The notes under the pieces: generated by a model
Seen by the model: the letters and a program-made list of their open reading frames with translations, nothing else
Told to the model about the DNA's origin: nothing
The model's database searches: none
NCBI GenBank assembly: GCA_951406725.2
Contig: OX597815.1
Span: 184,326,001-184,390,000, forward strand
DNA from: Octopus vulgaris
Lineage: Eukaryota
Reading direction: 5' to 3'
Length of the DNA: 64,000 bases
Shown: positions 51,046 through 64,000 of the stretch, in pieces
How the letters are laid out: each line of letters opens with the position of its first letter
Position numbering within the stretch: position 1 is the stretch's first letter
Program-made: the position numbers and the translations under genes

Positions 51046-51759
51046 CACGCGCAAGCATACATATTGGTGCAACGTCAGATTCTCGAAATTACGTCGCCAG
51101 CTTCAATAAAACCATCAAGAGGCACTCGACATCTTTGGCAGATTTTGTGAGGCAACTTCATAAAATGAAATCTGATTTTACTTGGTCCATAATAAAACAT
51201 GCACAACCATAGGATACCCTTTTTAGGAGGTGTAGACTATGCACCGAAAGATGGCCGTGCATTTTGTGAACCAATCTGAAGCTCATTAATAGAATTTCAG
51301 TTGCTTGCATGCTAGTAAATGCACTTTCGTACAATACAACAGACACAAATTAGCTTAGCTTAATCACTGACTTAATTAAGAATTACAGTTTACCTAATTG
51401 TATAGATAAATAACCGAAACCTTCCCATTCTTATGAGTACCCCACCACACTAGTTATACGGCTAGGCCTTTGTATAATGCTCAAGGAGAGCTAAATTCCA
51501 CCATGTGCCCGTTCGTACGAATCACTGTCCAAGAGATGAAAACACAACAAGCGTAACTTGTGATGTTTTCTACAGGCTATCGGTTGTTTCATTAGCCGTT
51601 CATCTTCTCTTCACTGGCTGCATATACATGCAATTATTGACCGCAGATACAGCCAGTATGCATAAATGGACTATATAATCAGAGACTACACTATGTACAT
51701 CGAATGGTTGATGTGAAGTTGTCTTATGTCATTTTGTTGTTCAATTATCATATTGTTTA

Positions 51760-52320
51760 AGGCGGTGCGTTCGTAGAAACGTTAGCACGCCGGGCGAAAT
51801 ACTTAGCAGTATTTCGTCTGTTTTTACGTTCTGGTTCAAATTCCGCCGGGGTCGACGTTGCCTTTCATCGTTTCGGGGTGGATTAAATACGTACTAGTTA
51901 CGCACTGGGGTCGATGTAATCGACTTAATCCGTTTGTCTGTCTTTGTTTGTCCTCTCTGTGTTTAGCTCCTTGTGGGTAGTAAAGAAATAGGTATTCTGT
52001 CTGCCGCTACGTTTTGAGTTCAAATTCTGCCGAGGTTGACTTTGCCTTTCATCCTTTCGGAGTCGATAAATTAAGTACCAGTTACGCACTGGGGTCGATA
52101 TAATCGACTTAAACCATTTGTCTGTCCTTATTTGTCCTCTGTGTTTATCCCCTTGTGGGTAGTAAAGAAATAGGTATTTCGTCCCGAGTTCAAATTCCGC
52201 CGAGGTCTACTTTACCTTTCATGTTTTCGGGGTCGATAGATTAAGTACCCGTTACGTACTGGGGCTTGTCAAATCGACTGGTCCCCTCCCCTAAAGTTTC
52301 AGGCATTGTGCTTACTGTAG
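51760..52320 (+). mobile_element. SINE family A with internal ~182-bp triplication
   Basis: One head at 51760; gtatt..gtc body units restart at about 51809, 51992 and 52174; one terminal segment. Confidence 0.9.
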
Positions 52321-53447
52321 AAAGCATTATTATATTGTGTAGTATTACTAGCCATGTCTTCTGATACATAACATACATGTGTGTCTGTGTGTCCGATTTA
52401 TCAGTGTACTTATATGGCTGCCTATCCGCGTACAACTGTAACTATGTACGAGCCTATTCTTATACACTTTTATATAGATGTGGGAGTATCTATGTACAAC
52501 GATGTTTAAGTGTATATGTGTGTGCGTATTAACACACGAATATTCGCCTCTAGACGTATGTAAATGTGCCTATGTATACATATAAGATATATACGCAGGA
52601 CTGTGAATCTGTGTGCTTACGTATACATATTCAGCACAGTCCAGCGTACACATATAGCTATATGCGCTGGACTGTGTGAATATGTGCGTGCGAGTACGCC
52701 TTAGTGTACCCCAATCTTTACGCCGGTATTTATGACTGTAACAAATGCCATAAAGATATGCGAACCGGTCCCTGTGGAGCGCAACACAGCCTGTTTGATT
52801 CCTCACCAAATCTATGGTCTCTCTGGCCATTAATCGGTACCGACTTCAATAACACCTACTTATTTGCGGGTGCGAGCGTGTGTATGTGTGCCAGGCCACG
52901 CGTGTGTATGCGTTTGTACGTGCGTGTGTGTTTGTACAAGCGAGTGTACGCGTACTAGACAATGTGTGTATGGGTTTATATATCCATATCGTCTAACTGT
53001 TATATGTAATAATTTTTTCCGCTTTACTGTAAATATATTTCATTGTGTATCTGTTCTTTGTCATTGATTTCTTCCCACCCGAGAGGAATCGATGCTAGAT
53101 GGGTCGAAACAATTGTTGCAGGCAATAAATGATTCTCATAAATTCCATCTTCCGTCTCCCTCGTTAATCACACACACACACACACAGAGTTATGTATTGG
53201 AAGAATCATTATACCAGTAATCATAACACACGCACAGATTCGATTCCAGATCTTTGCTTTTTGTCAATTGATTTCACAACTAACCAACTAACTAATCTAT
53301 CGTTTGTTTAATGTGCTGGTTGTACAATCAATCGGTGGTTTGTTAGTCAGATTTTTTTCGTTGTTGTCCGTGACTTTCTCAGGGACTTGATGAGTTTCCC
53401 TTTCGCTCCAGGATCTGCTCTGATTCTATCTCGGAATTCGTCTTTTG

Positions 53448-53982
53448 TATGTATTTGTGTGTGTGTGTGTGTGTGCATGCTTGTATATATATATGTGTGC
53501 ATATATATGTATATACATATATATATATATATATATGTGTATATGTATGGATATATATATATGTGTGTATATATATATATGTATATATATGTGTATATAT
53601 ATATGTGTGTATATATATATATATGTATATATGTGTGTATATATATGTGTGTATATATATATGTATATATATGTATATATGTGTGTGTATATATATGTAT
53701 ATATGTGTGTATATATATATGTATATATGTGTGTATATATATGTGTGTATATATATGTGTGTGTATATATATGTGTATATATATATATGTGTGTATATAT
53801 ATATGTATATATATATATGTGTATATATATATGTATATATATATGTATGTGTATATATATGTATAAAGATATGTGTATATATGTGCATATATATGTGTAT
53901 ATATATGTATAAAGATATGTGTATATATGTGTATATATATGTGTATATATATATGTGTGTGTATATATATATGGATGTGTGT
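53448..53982. repeat. (TA)n/(TG)n compound microsatellite
   Basis: Direct observation. Confidence 0.95.
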
Positions 53983-54569
53983 CTGCTTAGAAGAGGAGGT
54001 AAAGGTGGAAGTAAACGAAAGTAATAGCCTAGAAATAGCAGCTAAATATCGCACAGGAGACATTCAGTAATCATTCCACTGAAGAAGGAACTCGTTCCTA
54101 ACAAGGATACAAAGCTCCATGATTGGAGAGTAGATAACAAAAACAACGTCACATTTTAAACCTTTGAAGAGTCGTGCATACTTTTTTCCTGTTAGCATCG
54201 AAGTAGATCTTGCTTTAGATGCAGAGTCCAAGGAAATTGAGAAGAGTAACTATTGGTTCTGTGGTGCTGTTTTTCTCGGTGCTGGTGTTATTTTGTTTCA
54301 ACCATGATCGTCTGAGCAAAATTCCACGTGGTATAAGGCATGTTTGAATCACGTCAGTAAATAAACAAGTGTTTCTCTTATTTATAATTAGCAAAATAAA
54401 CCAGTAACTGATTTAAGCTGGAAGGGTTAGCATAAGTGTAGAAGAAACGTACAAAAAGGATATGTAAACTGTCCCCTTCGCCTCCACGTCTGATGTTGAC
54501 GGCGTCATTGTATGTATATATGATCACACTTTGGTTTTTCTTTAAGCTCTTAAGAGGGATCAAACCCGT

Positions 54570-55480
54570 ATCCATGTCAGTTTCTTTTGATCTGTCTTCA
54601 TAAAATCTAGTATTTCTAGGTCTTTGTGTAAATCTGTTGGCACATAACCTAATGCACCTATGATGATAGGTACAAATGTGGATTCATGGTCCGGGTACAA
54701 GAGTTGTAACTTACCCATTTATTTGCCATAAATGTTCTCTTTTTCCTGGAATTTCCATTGAACATTCATATTCGCTAGGCAGCTAACTTCTACAACAATG
54801 CATGACTTTTGTTTCTCGTCTCACAGAATAATATCAGGTCTGTTATGCTTGCACCCAATAGCTGTTTCTATTGGAGTGTTCCATCAGCATCCTTTATTTT
54901 TAAAGGTGTATACACCAGGACAGTCCTTCCTGGTGATAACATTGCAAGTGGTTTTTGCACATCTACCCTGCCTCAGGTAGTATCAAGCAGACATTTTGGA
55001 GCATCTGTTGATTATGTGGGTGATATCTTCCACACTGTTATAGCAGAGCCGACATTTTTATTCGACATGGAGGTTTAGTATTATCTTTGTCCCCTTTGTT
55101 TATCAGGCGTTTAGAAACTACCTCCTGTTCCTGAATAGCGAAGTTATCCCCGTCTAGGTGTCATGCAATGGATCTATCACAGGTCCAGGAGAAGCCCCTC
55201 TTCTTGCCAATGCGGTTGTTGCCTTTTAGCTTGCGGGATATGTGCCCATGCATTGCTTTATGTCGGTATGATGCGTGCTTCTCCTCCAAGCTTCTGTTTA
55301 TGTAGGCCAGTCTAGCCTTTTTGGGTCGCATGGGAAAGTTGCATTCGTCTGAGTACCTGCACTGCAGTTCTTCTCCACCTCCTCTGCAGATATTGTTGAT
55401 CTCACCATAAGAAATATGCCGAACCATGTTGTCCGAAGCTCTCGTGATTTTGCTTATACATTCCTCGAATTGTTTCCACA
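54570..55480 (-). mobile_element. R4/Dong-like LINE fragment (zinc knuckle + RLE), second subfamily
   Basis: KAMHGHI, FAIQEQEV, KCRLCYNSVEDITHIINRCSKM, KHNRPDII, CIVVEVSC, FVPIIIGALGYV. Confidence 0.88.
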
Positions 55481-56119
55481 ATAAAATGAGTTGAAAAAAA
55501 GATTTAAAAAAACCCCAGAAACAGACGATAGTTTAGAAGCGTTGGTAACTGCTTAACAAGTAGTAGTAGTTGTAGTAGTAGTTGTAGCAGTAGTAGAATG
55601 AAACAAAGCAATTAAGTAAAACAAGAGGAAATGACAGGAAGCAATCAAAGAAAGGGAAAAACATGTTTTGTAATATGAGGCAACAAGATGTCCATTTAGC
55701 TTGCCAATTTTAGGAACAGAATATGTTAGCATCTCTTTCTGTATAAAGAGTATTGCCCAAGAGAGTTAGAAGAATAAACAACGTATGTATGAGTGTGTAT
55801 GTTAATACTAACGAACTGCATCGCTGACTTTAAACAATAACATTCGTTGCTATCTTAAATTCCACTGTCAATACAATTTTATGTATGTTTATTATATTCA
55901 AGAAAACGGTTACGCTAAATTAAGCTGCGACATTCTTATGTGGACGCTACTATGTGTTGGTTAAGGAACCTCCTAGAATTAGCTGCTAGCGTCATCAGAG
56001 AATCCTATTTACACTTAAGATGGAGACGGCCATTTACTTCCCATGCAATCGGCTTGGAAATTAAAAGTTATATCTCTCTTAACATAAAAACAATGGTAGC
56101 CTGCCTGTCTGTGTGTCTG

Positions 56120-56162
<43 letters not shown>

Positions 56163-56741
56163 CACACACATACTTATACACACGCACCTCCACACATATA
56201 AATTCAGATTTGTTACGAGTCTATTTCTCCAGACAAACTGAAGTAATATTTTTTTCTCTCTCAGTCTTAATTGAAGATGATAATACTTCCCACATATTTA
56301 TGAGCCTTTTCACCATTTAATTCTTTCTTTCACTTTCTTTCATTAAGTTTTAAGATTGAATATCGACTTTAATGTAACTCCTGTATTACTACGATATTCT
56401 GTTTTACCTTATATTAATGGCCATTAGCTTAAGGCTACGAATGCGATACCAAGGGGCAAAATCAATTGTAATGACATGATACAGAATTTCGATTTGCTTT
56501 ACTATCACCTAAATAATTAACACGTAAATTGATATCATGAGAATTCGATCGTACATCACATTTGAAAAGCAGTAAACGCTATAAATTCTATTCTATAAAA
56601 TTTGCTTCGCTACTGAATACAATGTGTTATAAGGCTCCCTCTTTCCATCAATTTCTTTGCTATTCTCTTACATGCAAAAACATGAATATATAATAAATGT
56701 GTATAGAGATACGCCAACCCCCATACACACATAAACATAAA

Positions 56742-56786
<45 letters not shown>

Positions 56787-56832
56787 TCTTGTTTCATTCC
56801 ATTATTACCATATCGGACCGATTTCAGAGTCA

Positions 56833-56943
56833 GTTGGTTGGCCCGAGGCTATAGTAGAAGACACTTGCCGAAAGTGCCACGCAGTGGGACTGAACCCGGA
56901 ACCATGCGGTTCGTAAGCAATCTACTTACTACACAGCCACTCC
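56833..56943 (-). mobile_element. SINE family B 5' fragment
   Basis: ggcccgaggctatagtagaagacacttgcc..gcagtgggactgaacccggaaccatg. Confidence 0.85.
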
Positions 56944-56950
56944 ATCGCCT

Positions 56951-57011
<61 letters not shown>

Positions 57012-57072
57012 GAGATAGTTAGATGAGTTTATATGCACATATTTGTGTCTTTGTATATACTGGACTAATAGA

Positions 57073-57380
57073 GAGGCGCACTCCGTCGGTAACGACGGCA
57101 GGGATCCCAGCTGATACGATCAACAGAGCAGGCTGCTCGTGAAATCAACGTGCATGTGGTTGAGTACTCCATAGACACGTATACCCTTAACGTAGTTCTC
57201 AGGGAGTTTCAGCGTGACAAAGCTGGTCCTTTTGAAATACAAGTACTACTAATTTTTGTCAGCTGACTGGACTGGAGTAAAGTGAAATAAAGTGTCTTGC
57301 TCAAGCACACATCGCGTTGCCGGGAATCGACCTTACGTTCGTTAGCAGGATGCCCTAACCACTAAGCCACGCGTCTTCAC
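57073..57380 (-). mobile_element. SINE family C variant (different tail) with 14-bp TSD
   Basis: TSD actgga(c/t)taataga at 57059-57072 and 57381-57394; head and core match 16972. Confidence 0.88.
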
Positions 57381-57855
57381 ACTGGATTAATAGAAAGTGG
57401 CTGGAACCTTCACAGAATACATCGAATAGTGAGAAATTTGAGAAACAGAGTAACTTAATATGTGAAATTCAGATATTAAATTAGTCTAGTTATTTGATAA
57501 ATTTTTAACTTTAGAAAAGAAACACCCTATTTCAACTTATAGGATTTCAACAAAATTTTATCTCTTTAGTTTTCTTTTATTTTCATTTTCGTATTGATAG
57601 TTCTCTTCAACTGAAATTCAATCGTATCAATTTGTACATTTGAAGTCTTTTAACTATATTGCATAGAATAATTCATGCCATCAAAATAGAAACGAGCAAG
57701 CAGAAAATCACGATTCTAGAGATGAATAACACAGCGTTTAAAATGATAAGAGAAGGCTCCAAAAACCAACCTCATATGAGAACTGGAATCGAGAAAAGTA
57801 CACGTGCGGCACAAACTCATTTTCTGCACTGCAGAAAAGCAGTCAACAGAACATC

Positions 57856-58430
57856 TTTTATTTGTTTCAGTCATTTGACTGCGGCCATGTTGGGGTAATG
57901 TTGAGGTCTTGTAGGGTCTTTAGTTTAACAAATCGACCTGAGGAAGAACTACAGGAAGAATATACGAAGTAAATTTTGTAACGGAAGAATCAGGGTCTGC
58001 AGATTAGGCGTACTTTTATTTACGTGTCATCTAGTTTTGTCCCAACCACATAGTTCTGGGTTTAGTCCCACGGTGCGGCACCTTGGGCAAGTGTCTTCTA
58101 TTGTAGCCTCGGGCCGATCAAAATATTCTGAGTGAATGTGGTAGACAGAAACCGAAAAAGCTCGTATATTTTAGGCGGAAACTGAAAGAAACACACACTC
58201 ACGCCAACACACAATCGCAGACACACACACATGTTTGTGTGTGTGCATGTGCGCGCGCCCGTTTGCGTGTACACGTGTATGTCTTTGTGCCTGTGTTTGT
58301 CCCTTATCACCGGTTGACAACCGGTGTTCGATTGTTTACATCCCCGCAACCTAGTAGTTCGGTAAAAGAGACCGATAGAATAAGTATCGGACTAAAAATT
58401 CTTCATTGACTGAGACATGTAAGAGATAAA
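57856..58430. mobile_element. Family B SINE pieces (minus tail 57856-57940; plus copy about 58040-58430)
   Basis: tgtttcagtcatttgactgcggccatg; ggcaccttgggcaagtgtcttcta..gagaccgatagaataagta. Confidence 0.8.
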
Positions 58431-60387
58431 AGTAGAAGAGTCCATTCTAATCTAATGTCATATTTTGAGATATTAGCATGGATATAGTGAGACGTTTAAC
58501 TAACTAATTCGTTAAATTTCTTGGCATTATATAAAACAATTTATTATGAAAATATTTCCTTCCAATTACAAAAAACAATTGTGATATTCAAATATGGAAA
58601 AAACAAATTCTTCACCTGATTTTATTCCATGCCTCTGAATTTAGGACTATTTTGATAGTTTATTAGTTTTATACACATAAGCACTATTGAAAATTAGGAC
58701 ACGTGCTTTGATAGTAATGGATTCACAAAATTCTGTAATATTTTACAGGGAAGATTGAAAATCTTAACAAATAATTCTGGTTTTACGTTTAAAAAATATC
58801 GGATATGACAGGAACCATGGCTGTTAATGTGTGGCAAGGAATAAATTAAAAACCTATACTCCATGTGGAAATAAGATAAAGTTGTCTTTCAAAATGCCAA
58901 GAATTGTTAAGAACTGTATTAATTGTTCTAATTTATTTAAACACACAATCACATGCGCGCGCACTCAGACAGACACACACACACGGACAGACACATACAC
59001 AGAGACATACACACACACACGCAGAATTATGACTGCCATCATCAGTTCTTCGAGTTTTGTTAGATTTATGCATTTTCAGAGGTTTGAAAGTGTTGAATAA
59101 AATGGAAAACTGACACAATCTTTCGAATGTTCCATTATTCCCCTAAAGTGAAATATTTTCGTTCAGAATGCAGATTCGGGCCCACAGCAACATGGAGCTT
59201 CAGGTAGTTCGTGACTTTGTGGATCACCAGAGATGTACGGAAGTTACTTCTTTCCCGTACAGGGAAAATAAAGTTTCAGTTATGCAATATGAAACTTTTC
59301 GTTTGTAAATTGCTGATTTCACCCACAGGATGAAATAGTTCACAATATGCACAGACAAATCACTCATCTCAATGTTATAAAGCTTATAAACGAAATTCAA
59401 AAAGATTTTCATCTCATGTCTCAGATCACCTACTTGCAATAGTGTAGGAAGTGTTTTTTAACTGTAATAGGAAACGTTTTGCAACAATGCATTATTCATA
59501 AATAAAACTCTTGCTGATGTTAACAGCCCAGTGTTTGAAAGCAAGCATTTTATGCAAAGTACTACAAAAGTACTTCCTTTAATCAGATGATACCTTACGA
59601 AAGATTTTTTTCCATTTCTTTAAAAAATATGAATACGTTGAGTCTCGTCATAAAGTATCTATTAATACGAATCTATTCTTGTAATTTTAGGAATTACGTT
59701 GATAATATTTCCAGAGTGCTTATTTTAGAAGTCATGCACCATTTAATGCACACTTCATTAAACATCCCTAGATTTTCTCAATTTCTGATCTCATTTATAG
59801 TCCAATTTTAGTATACATTTATCACATAATATTATCATTGATATATTCAGTGACTGTAACAAAACGGATGTCTTTACTATATTTCATCTCTTCTTTATAA
59901 GTATTTCGTAATTTCAACTTTTATGAATGTTAGTTCAAACAAATTAGAGGAAATAAATCAAACCGAAAAGGTTTATTTTTATGGTTTATACTATATAATT
60001 ACTCGAAGAAACGTATCTGCTTTGTTTAATCAGTGCAGCTAAGGGATTTGAATCGATGCATAACTTGCAATAAATGAATATTATGTCGAGCAGTGAAAAT
60101 TTATACATAAGAAGACATGATCATTGACTGTTTGAGCATAAATACTCGGCTGCATCAGGAATAAAAAGCGAGGTCACTGACTGGATTTAGTGAAAAAAAT
60201 TAAGAATAAATTATTTTGTGCAGAAATTGAGTTAAGATATCCTTTTAAGTTTTATTTATTAAAAACTGCTCACAAACGGTATACAATGCGAAGACTATCA
60301 TATCGAATACATATCATACATGGAAAATGAAAAGGGCCTTAATATTGAACGATGTATTATTAATATACTACTGATATATTTGAAACG

Positions 60388-60682
60388 GAGGCGCAATAGC
60401 ACAGTGGCTAGGGCAGCGGACTCGAATTTGTAGGATCCCAGACCGGGCATTATGAGTGTTTATTAAGCGAAAACACCTAAAGCTCCACGAGGCTCCAGCA
60501 AGGGGTGGTGGCGATACCTGCTGTACTCTTTCGCCACAACTTTTTCTCTCTCTTTCTTCTGTTGGCCTGCTCGCTTAGCCAGCAGGGTGGCATCATTTGA
60601 AGGCTTAAATAATGCAAAGCGCATTGTGACCAGCGATGTGTAGCAACATCTGATAGCCTGGTCGTTCACGGTGATCACGGTG
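60388..60682 (+). mobile_element. SINE family D with 10-bp TSD
   Basis: TSD atatttgaaa at 60376-60385 and 60683-60692. Confidence 0.9.
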
Positions 60683-61339
60683 ATATTTGAAAGAAGAAAT
60701 ATTACGATGGACCCCTACCATTTCCTGGATGTGAGATTTGAGAGGAAATCATAAACTCTATCAGAGCGAAACGCATTATAAGATTGCAAAGCTACCTTTC
60801 CACAGCTTCATAGCGTTCGCCTAGTTACAAATATTGGCTTACTGGGAATGCAATTATTGCTATGAAAGTAAATACTTTGCCAAAGTAAGTTCAATTATAT
60901 ACTTTTGATGTGTCCATTTTTTAACACCATAGTCAATTATTGCCAAGAGTTTACAGAAGTATTTAGATTGGAAGCATATCAGATACAGCTGGCTTAAACT
61001 ATTATTTATAGAATTGCTTTAACTATGGAAATATATGATATATAATTCAAAAATACTTGGCAGTGTTAAATACAGGTCATGGCCTTTGTACGCACTTTAC
61101 TGTTTTGTTTTTAATTGACATCAAGATTTGGAATTTCCTGTCCACCTTTAGTCTCAGATAATCTCTACCTGCTTGCCAACAACTAATTAAAACCTGCTGT
61201 GTCTCTTTGGACCTCACATATATTATGATAGCAAAGGAAACACTATTTTTCGATTATCAATGAATATTGATCATGGAGTAAAAGAAAATATATACAAAGA
61301 ATAATACAAACCCACAGACATTCATTCATATATGCATAC

Positions 61340-62430
61340 CAGTAAAAGGTTATACACAGGTACATGTCAACAAGGTGGAGAATGGCAGTAATATTTACAA
61401 GAATAGTAATCTCTCCTGGACGTAAAATGTGTACATTGCTTCTCATTTAGAAGCCTATGTCTTTGCAATGCAAGAAGAGGATATAGCTAATAAACGTCTG
61501 ATCATCGCAGAAATAGAGAAACCTGTAAATACCAAGCCCGAGGTGGAAGTATCGATTATGCTATACAAGTGTAGAAGTTATTCGTCATACCATCAGTGGC
61601 TTCCCAAAGACGTATGGATGATATTACCTCCCAATGAAATATGACAAGTGGAGGCGCGTCGCTTAGTGGTTAGGGTGTCATCATTATGATCGTAAGATTG
61701 TGGTTTCGATTCCTGGCCCGGGCGACGCGTTGTGCTCTTGAGCAAAACACTTCATTTCACGTTGCTCCAGTCCACTCAGCTGGCAAAAATGTGTAATCCT
61801 GCGATGGACCGCCGTCCCGTCCAGCTGGGGAACACATACTCCAATGAAACCGGGAAACCGGGCCCATGAGCCTGGCTAGCCTTTAAAAGGGCTCATTTAT
61901 TATTCATTACGAAATATGACATTAGCACCAATATGGTTTACAATGTTTTGCACAGAAAGTATTATCATGACGGTCAGACTAAAGAAGCACAAGAATCAGA
62001 GACCATCTACCTTTAAAACATCAAGAAAGAACATTACAATAAAAGAACGTTGCAATAAAAGCAACTCAGCGTCTGCACAAGAAGTCAGATACGAGTCTAT
62101 GAGATGGCAAACGTCATGCATCGTTTTACAGATCAGTTCCGCTGCGGATGCGAATGTCTCTTCAAAAACTGAAGTAAAGAACTTCTACGTATATCTCACA
62201 AGTAATCTACATTTTCTTTTATATCCAGGTCACAAATTTGCATTCGTTCATGCTATTAAAGGTGCACTGGGCTTTGTAAATACTAGATTGCATATAAGAC
62301 AAGAAATGATTGGTCTTTCCAATATAGAACACAATAAACTGTTTGGCATTCTCCAGACTCTGTCGACTAGAGAAACTGTAAAAGTATCAAATTTTCAGGA
62401 TTTCTTGATTTTGAGGCTTTGGTCGAACGC
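61340..62430 (+). mobile_element. R4/Dong-like LINE fragment, same subfamily as 54570-55480, split by a SINE
   Basis: SHLEAYVFAMQEEDIANKRLI, RLCYTSVEVIRHTISG, SCIVLQISSAADANV, LLYPGHKFAFVHAIKGALGFV. Confidence 0.85.
61648..61910 (+). mobile_element. SINE family C variant with 11-bp TSD
   Basis: TSD gaaatatgaca at 61636-61646 and 61911-61921; B box ggtttcgattcc; cttgagcaaaacactt core. Confidence 0.92.
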
Positions 62431-62747
62431 ATGCACTCAACACCTTATATGGATCTTTGTCTACGAAATATATTCATATAAATTTGCATGCATCAGATTC
62501 TGAATTTCTTTATCATCTGCTTTATGCAACCTATTTCTAATACACTTATGAATGGGTTATTTCGAGATTCAGGAATACAATCAAACGATATCAACTTGGG
62601 CAAACGACATGCGATTTGGAGTTATTACATTATTAAAACTGGTTTCAAATTTTAGTACAAGGCCAGCAATTTCAGGGCTTTGCTAAGCCGATTACATCAA
62701 CCTGTTCGCCGCCTTTATTTCTTTGTTAAAATTTACTAAACATATTA

Positions 62748-62972
62748 AGGCAGCAAGATGGCGCAATCGTTAACTCGCCGGGCAAAATACTTCACAGCAT
62801 TTCGTCCACCTTCGCGGCATTTCGTTCTGAGTTTAAATGCTGCTGGGTCGACTTTGTATTTCATCCTTTCTGGAGTCGATAAAATAGGTACCAGTTAAGT
62901 ATTGATATCAATGTAATCGACCTGCTCCCTTCTCCGTAATTGCTGGCCTTGTGCTAAACTTTGAAGCCAATA
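62748..62972 (+). mobile_element. SINE family A, degenerate
   Basis: cgccgggcaaaatac..gggtcgactttg..gtcgataaaataggtaccag. Confidence 0.8.
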
Positions 62973-64000
62973 CTATTATGTAAATAATTAGTTGTAGAAC
63001 TAATGTCTCACTGTAAGTTTCTGGTGAGGTTCCGCTGTTGTGCTTAATATACAATACAATTTTCTTACTAATTATTCCGACTTCGAATTTTGCGTGATTA
63101 ACTAATCTATATTTCAGGCAGAAGACGCAATGCTCTTTATGGTTTTGAAATGTAACGTGTACTGCACGCTAGTTAAAATTTCTGATCAATTTTCCAATAT
63201 TTATTTATGATAGTTTTATTCATTATTAATGATATTGCAAGGCGCCTTCATATAGCTTTGCGTTATAATATTATATGTCATTGTGCGACAAAATGTCATT
63301 ATTCTTACTCTGTGAACACTTTTAGTTTCGTTAGAGAAAACTAATGATTCGTTTTTATATATTCTGATGCTGTAAATATCAGGCGTAATATTATTTTTTA
63401 ATATATCAGTGCACTAACGAAACTGCTTTATGCTGGATAGCATAGCTAAGTGGTAGAATTCAAGGTGACTTTGGTCCATCCTTCTTTGGGGAATTTATGT
63501 GTAATATCACAGAGAGAAGCAAGTGGGTGTAACGCTGACTTCAGAATCGTACCAGAAAGATTTCTGGATCATTCTTTTAATTACGCCTTCCACTTTCTCA
63601 GGTATATTTTTCCCGTAGTCCTTTTTCAATGATTGCAAATATTTTATTTGGAGAAAGTGAAATTGAGCAAATCCATCATTAGTAATATAGTCTGCGGATA
63701 TAAAATGTACTGTAGTATTTGGTGAGATATATCGCGGTTCATAATCTACAAAAATATTTCGCATGTTGATGTCATGCTATAAAATTCAAAAGCAATATGA
63801 AAAGAATTGGTACATGAAGATTATTCGAATACAGGATACAAGTTGAATTCTTTCCATTTCAAAAGGCTGCCGTGTTTCTTTTCACTTCTAGTAAATTCGG
63901 CAAAATAATTGTGTAGTGGTGAATTTATAAATTAATTAATTATCTGGAAATAAATATCAAAATTATTACTTCTAGTTACGTGTATCATATGCTTATCGTT

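Overview
AT-rich, microsatellite-saturated animal DNA. The SINE repertoire and (TA)n/(CA)n density point to a coleoid cephalopod, most likely Octopus (inference). I find no credible host exon: the long ORFs are microsatellite read-throughs or decayed transposon fragments. The window holds four tRNA-headed SINE families, R4/Dong, HERO and RTE LINE fragments, mariner and Tigger relics, three non-autonomous Helitrons and three Penelope-like (PLE) coding relics. The main unannotated signal is RNA-level: about a dozen type I hammerhead ribozyme (HHR) motifs from at least six unrelated repeat families. Most are the minimal, palindromic-stem-III PLE type and lie next to (TA)n tracts. Four occur as divergent inverted pairs, one family is fused to a tRNA-like Pol III head, and one has a compensatory G3-C8 core. 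All folds were read by eye and none is tested; many boundaries are approximate.
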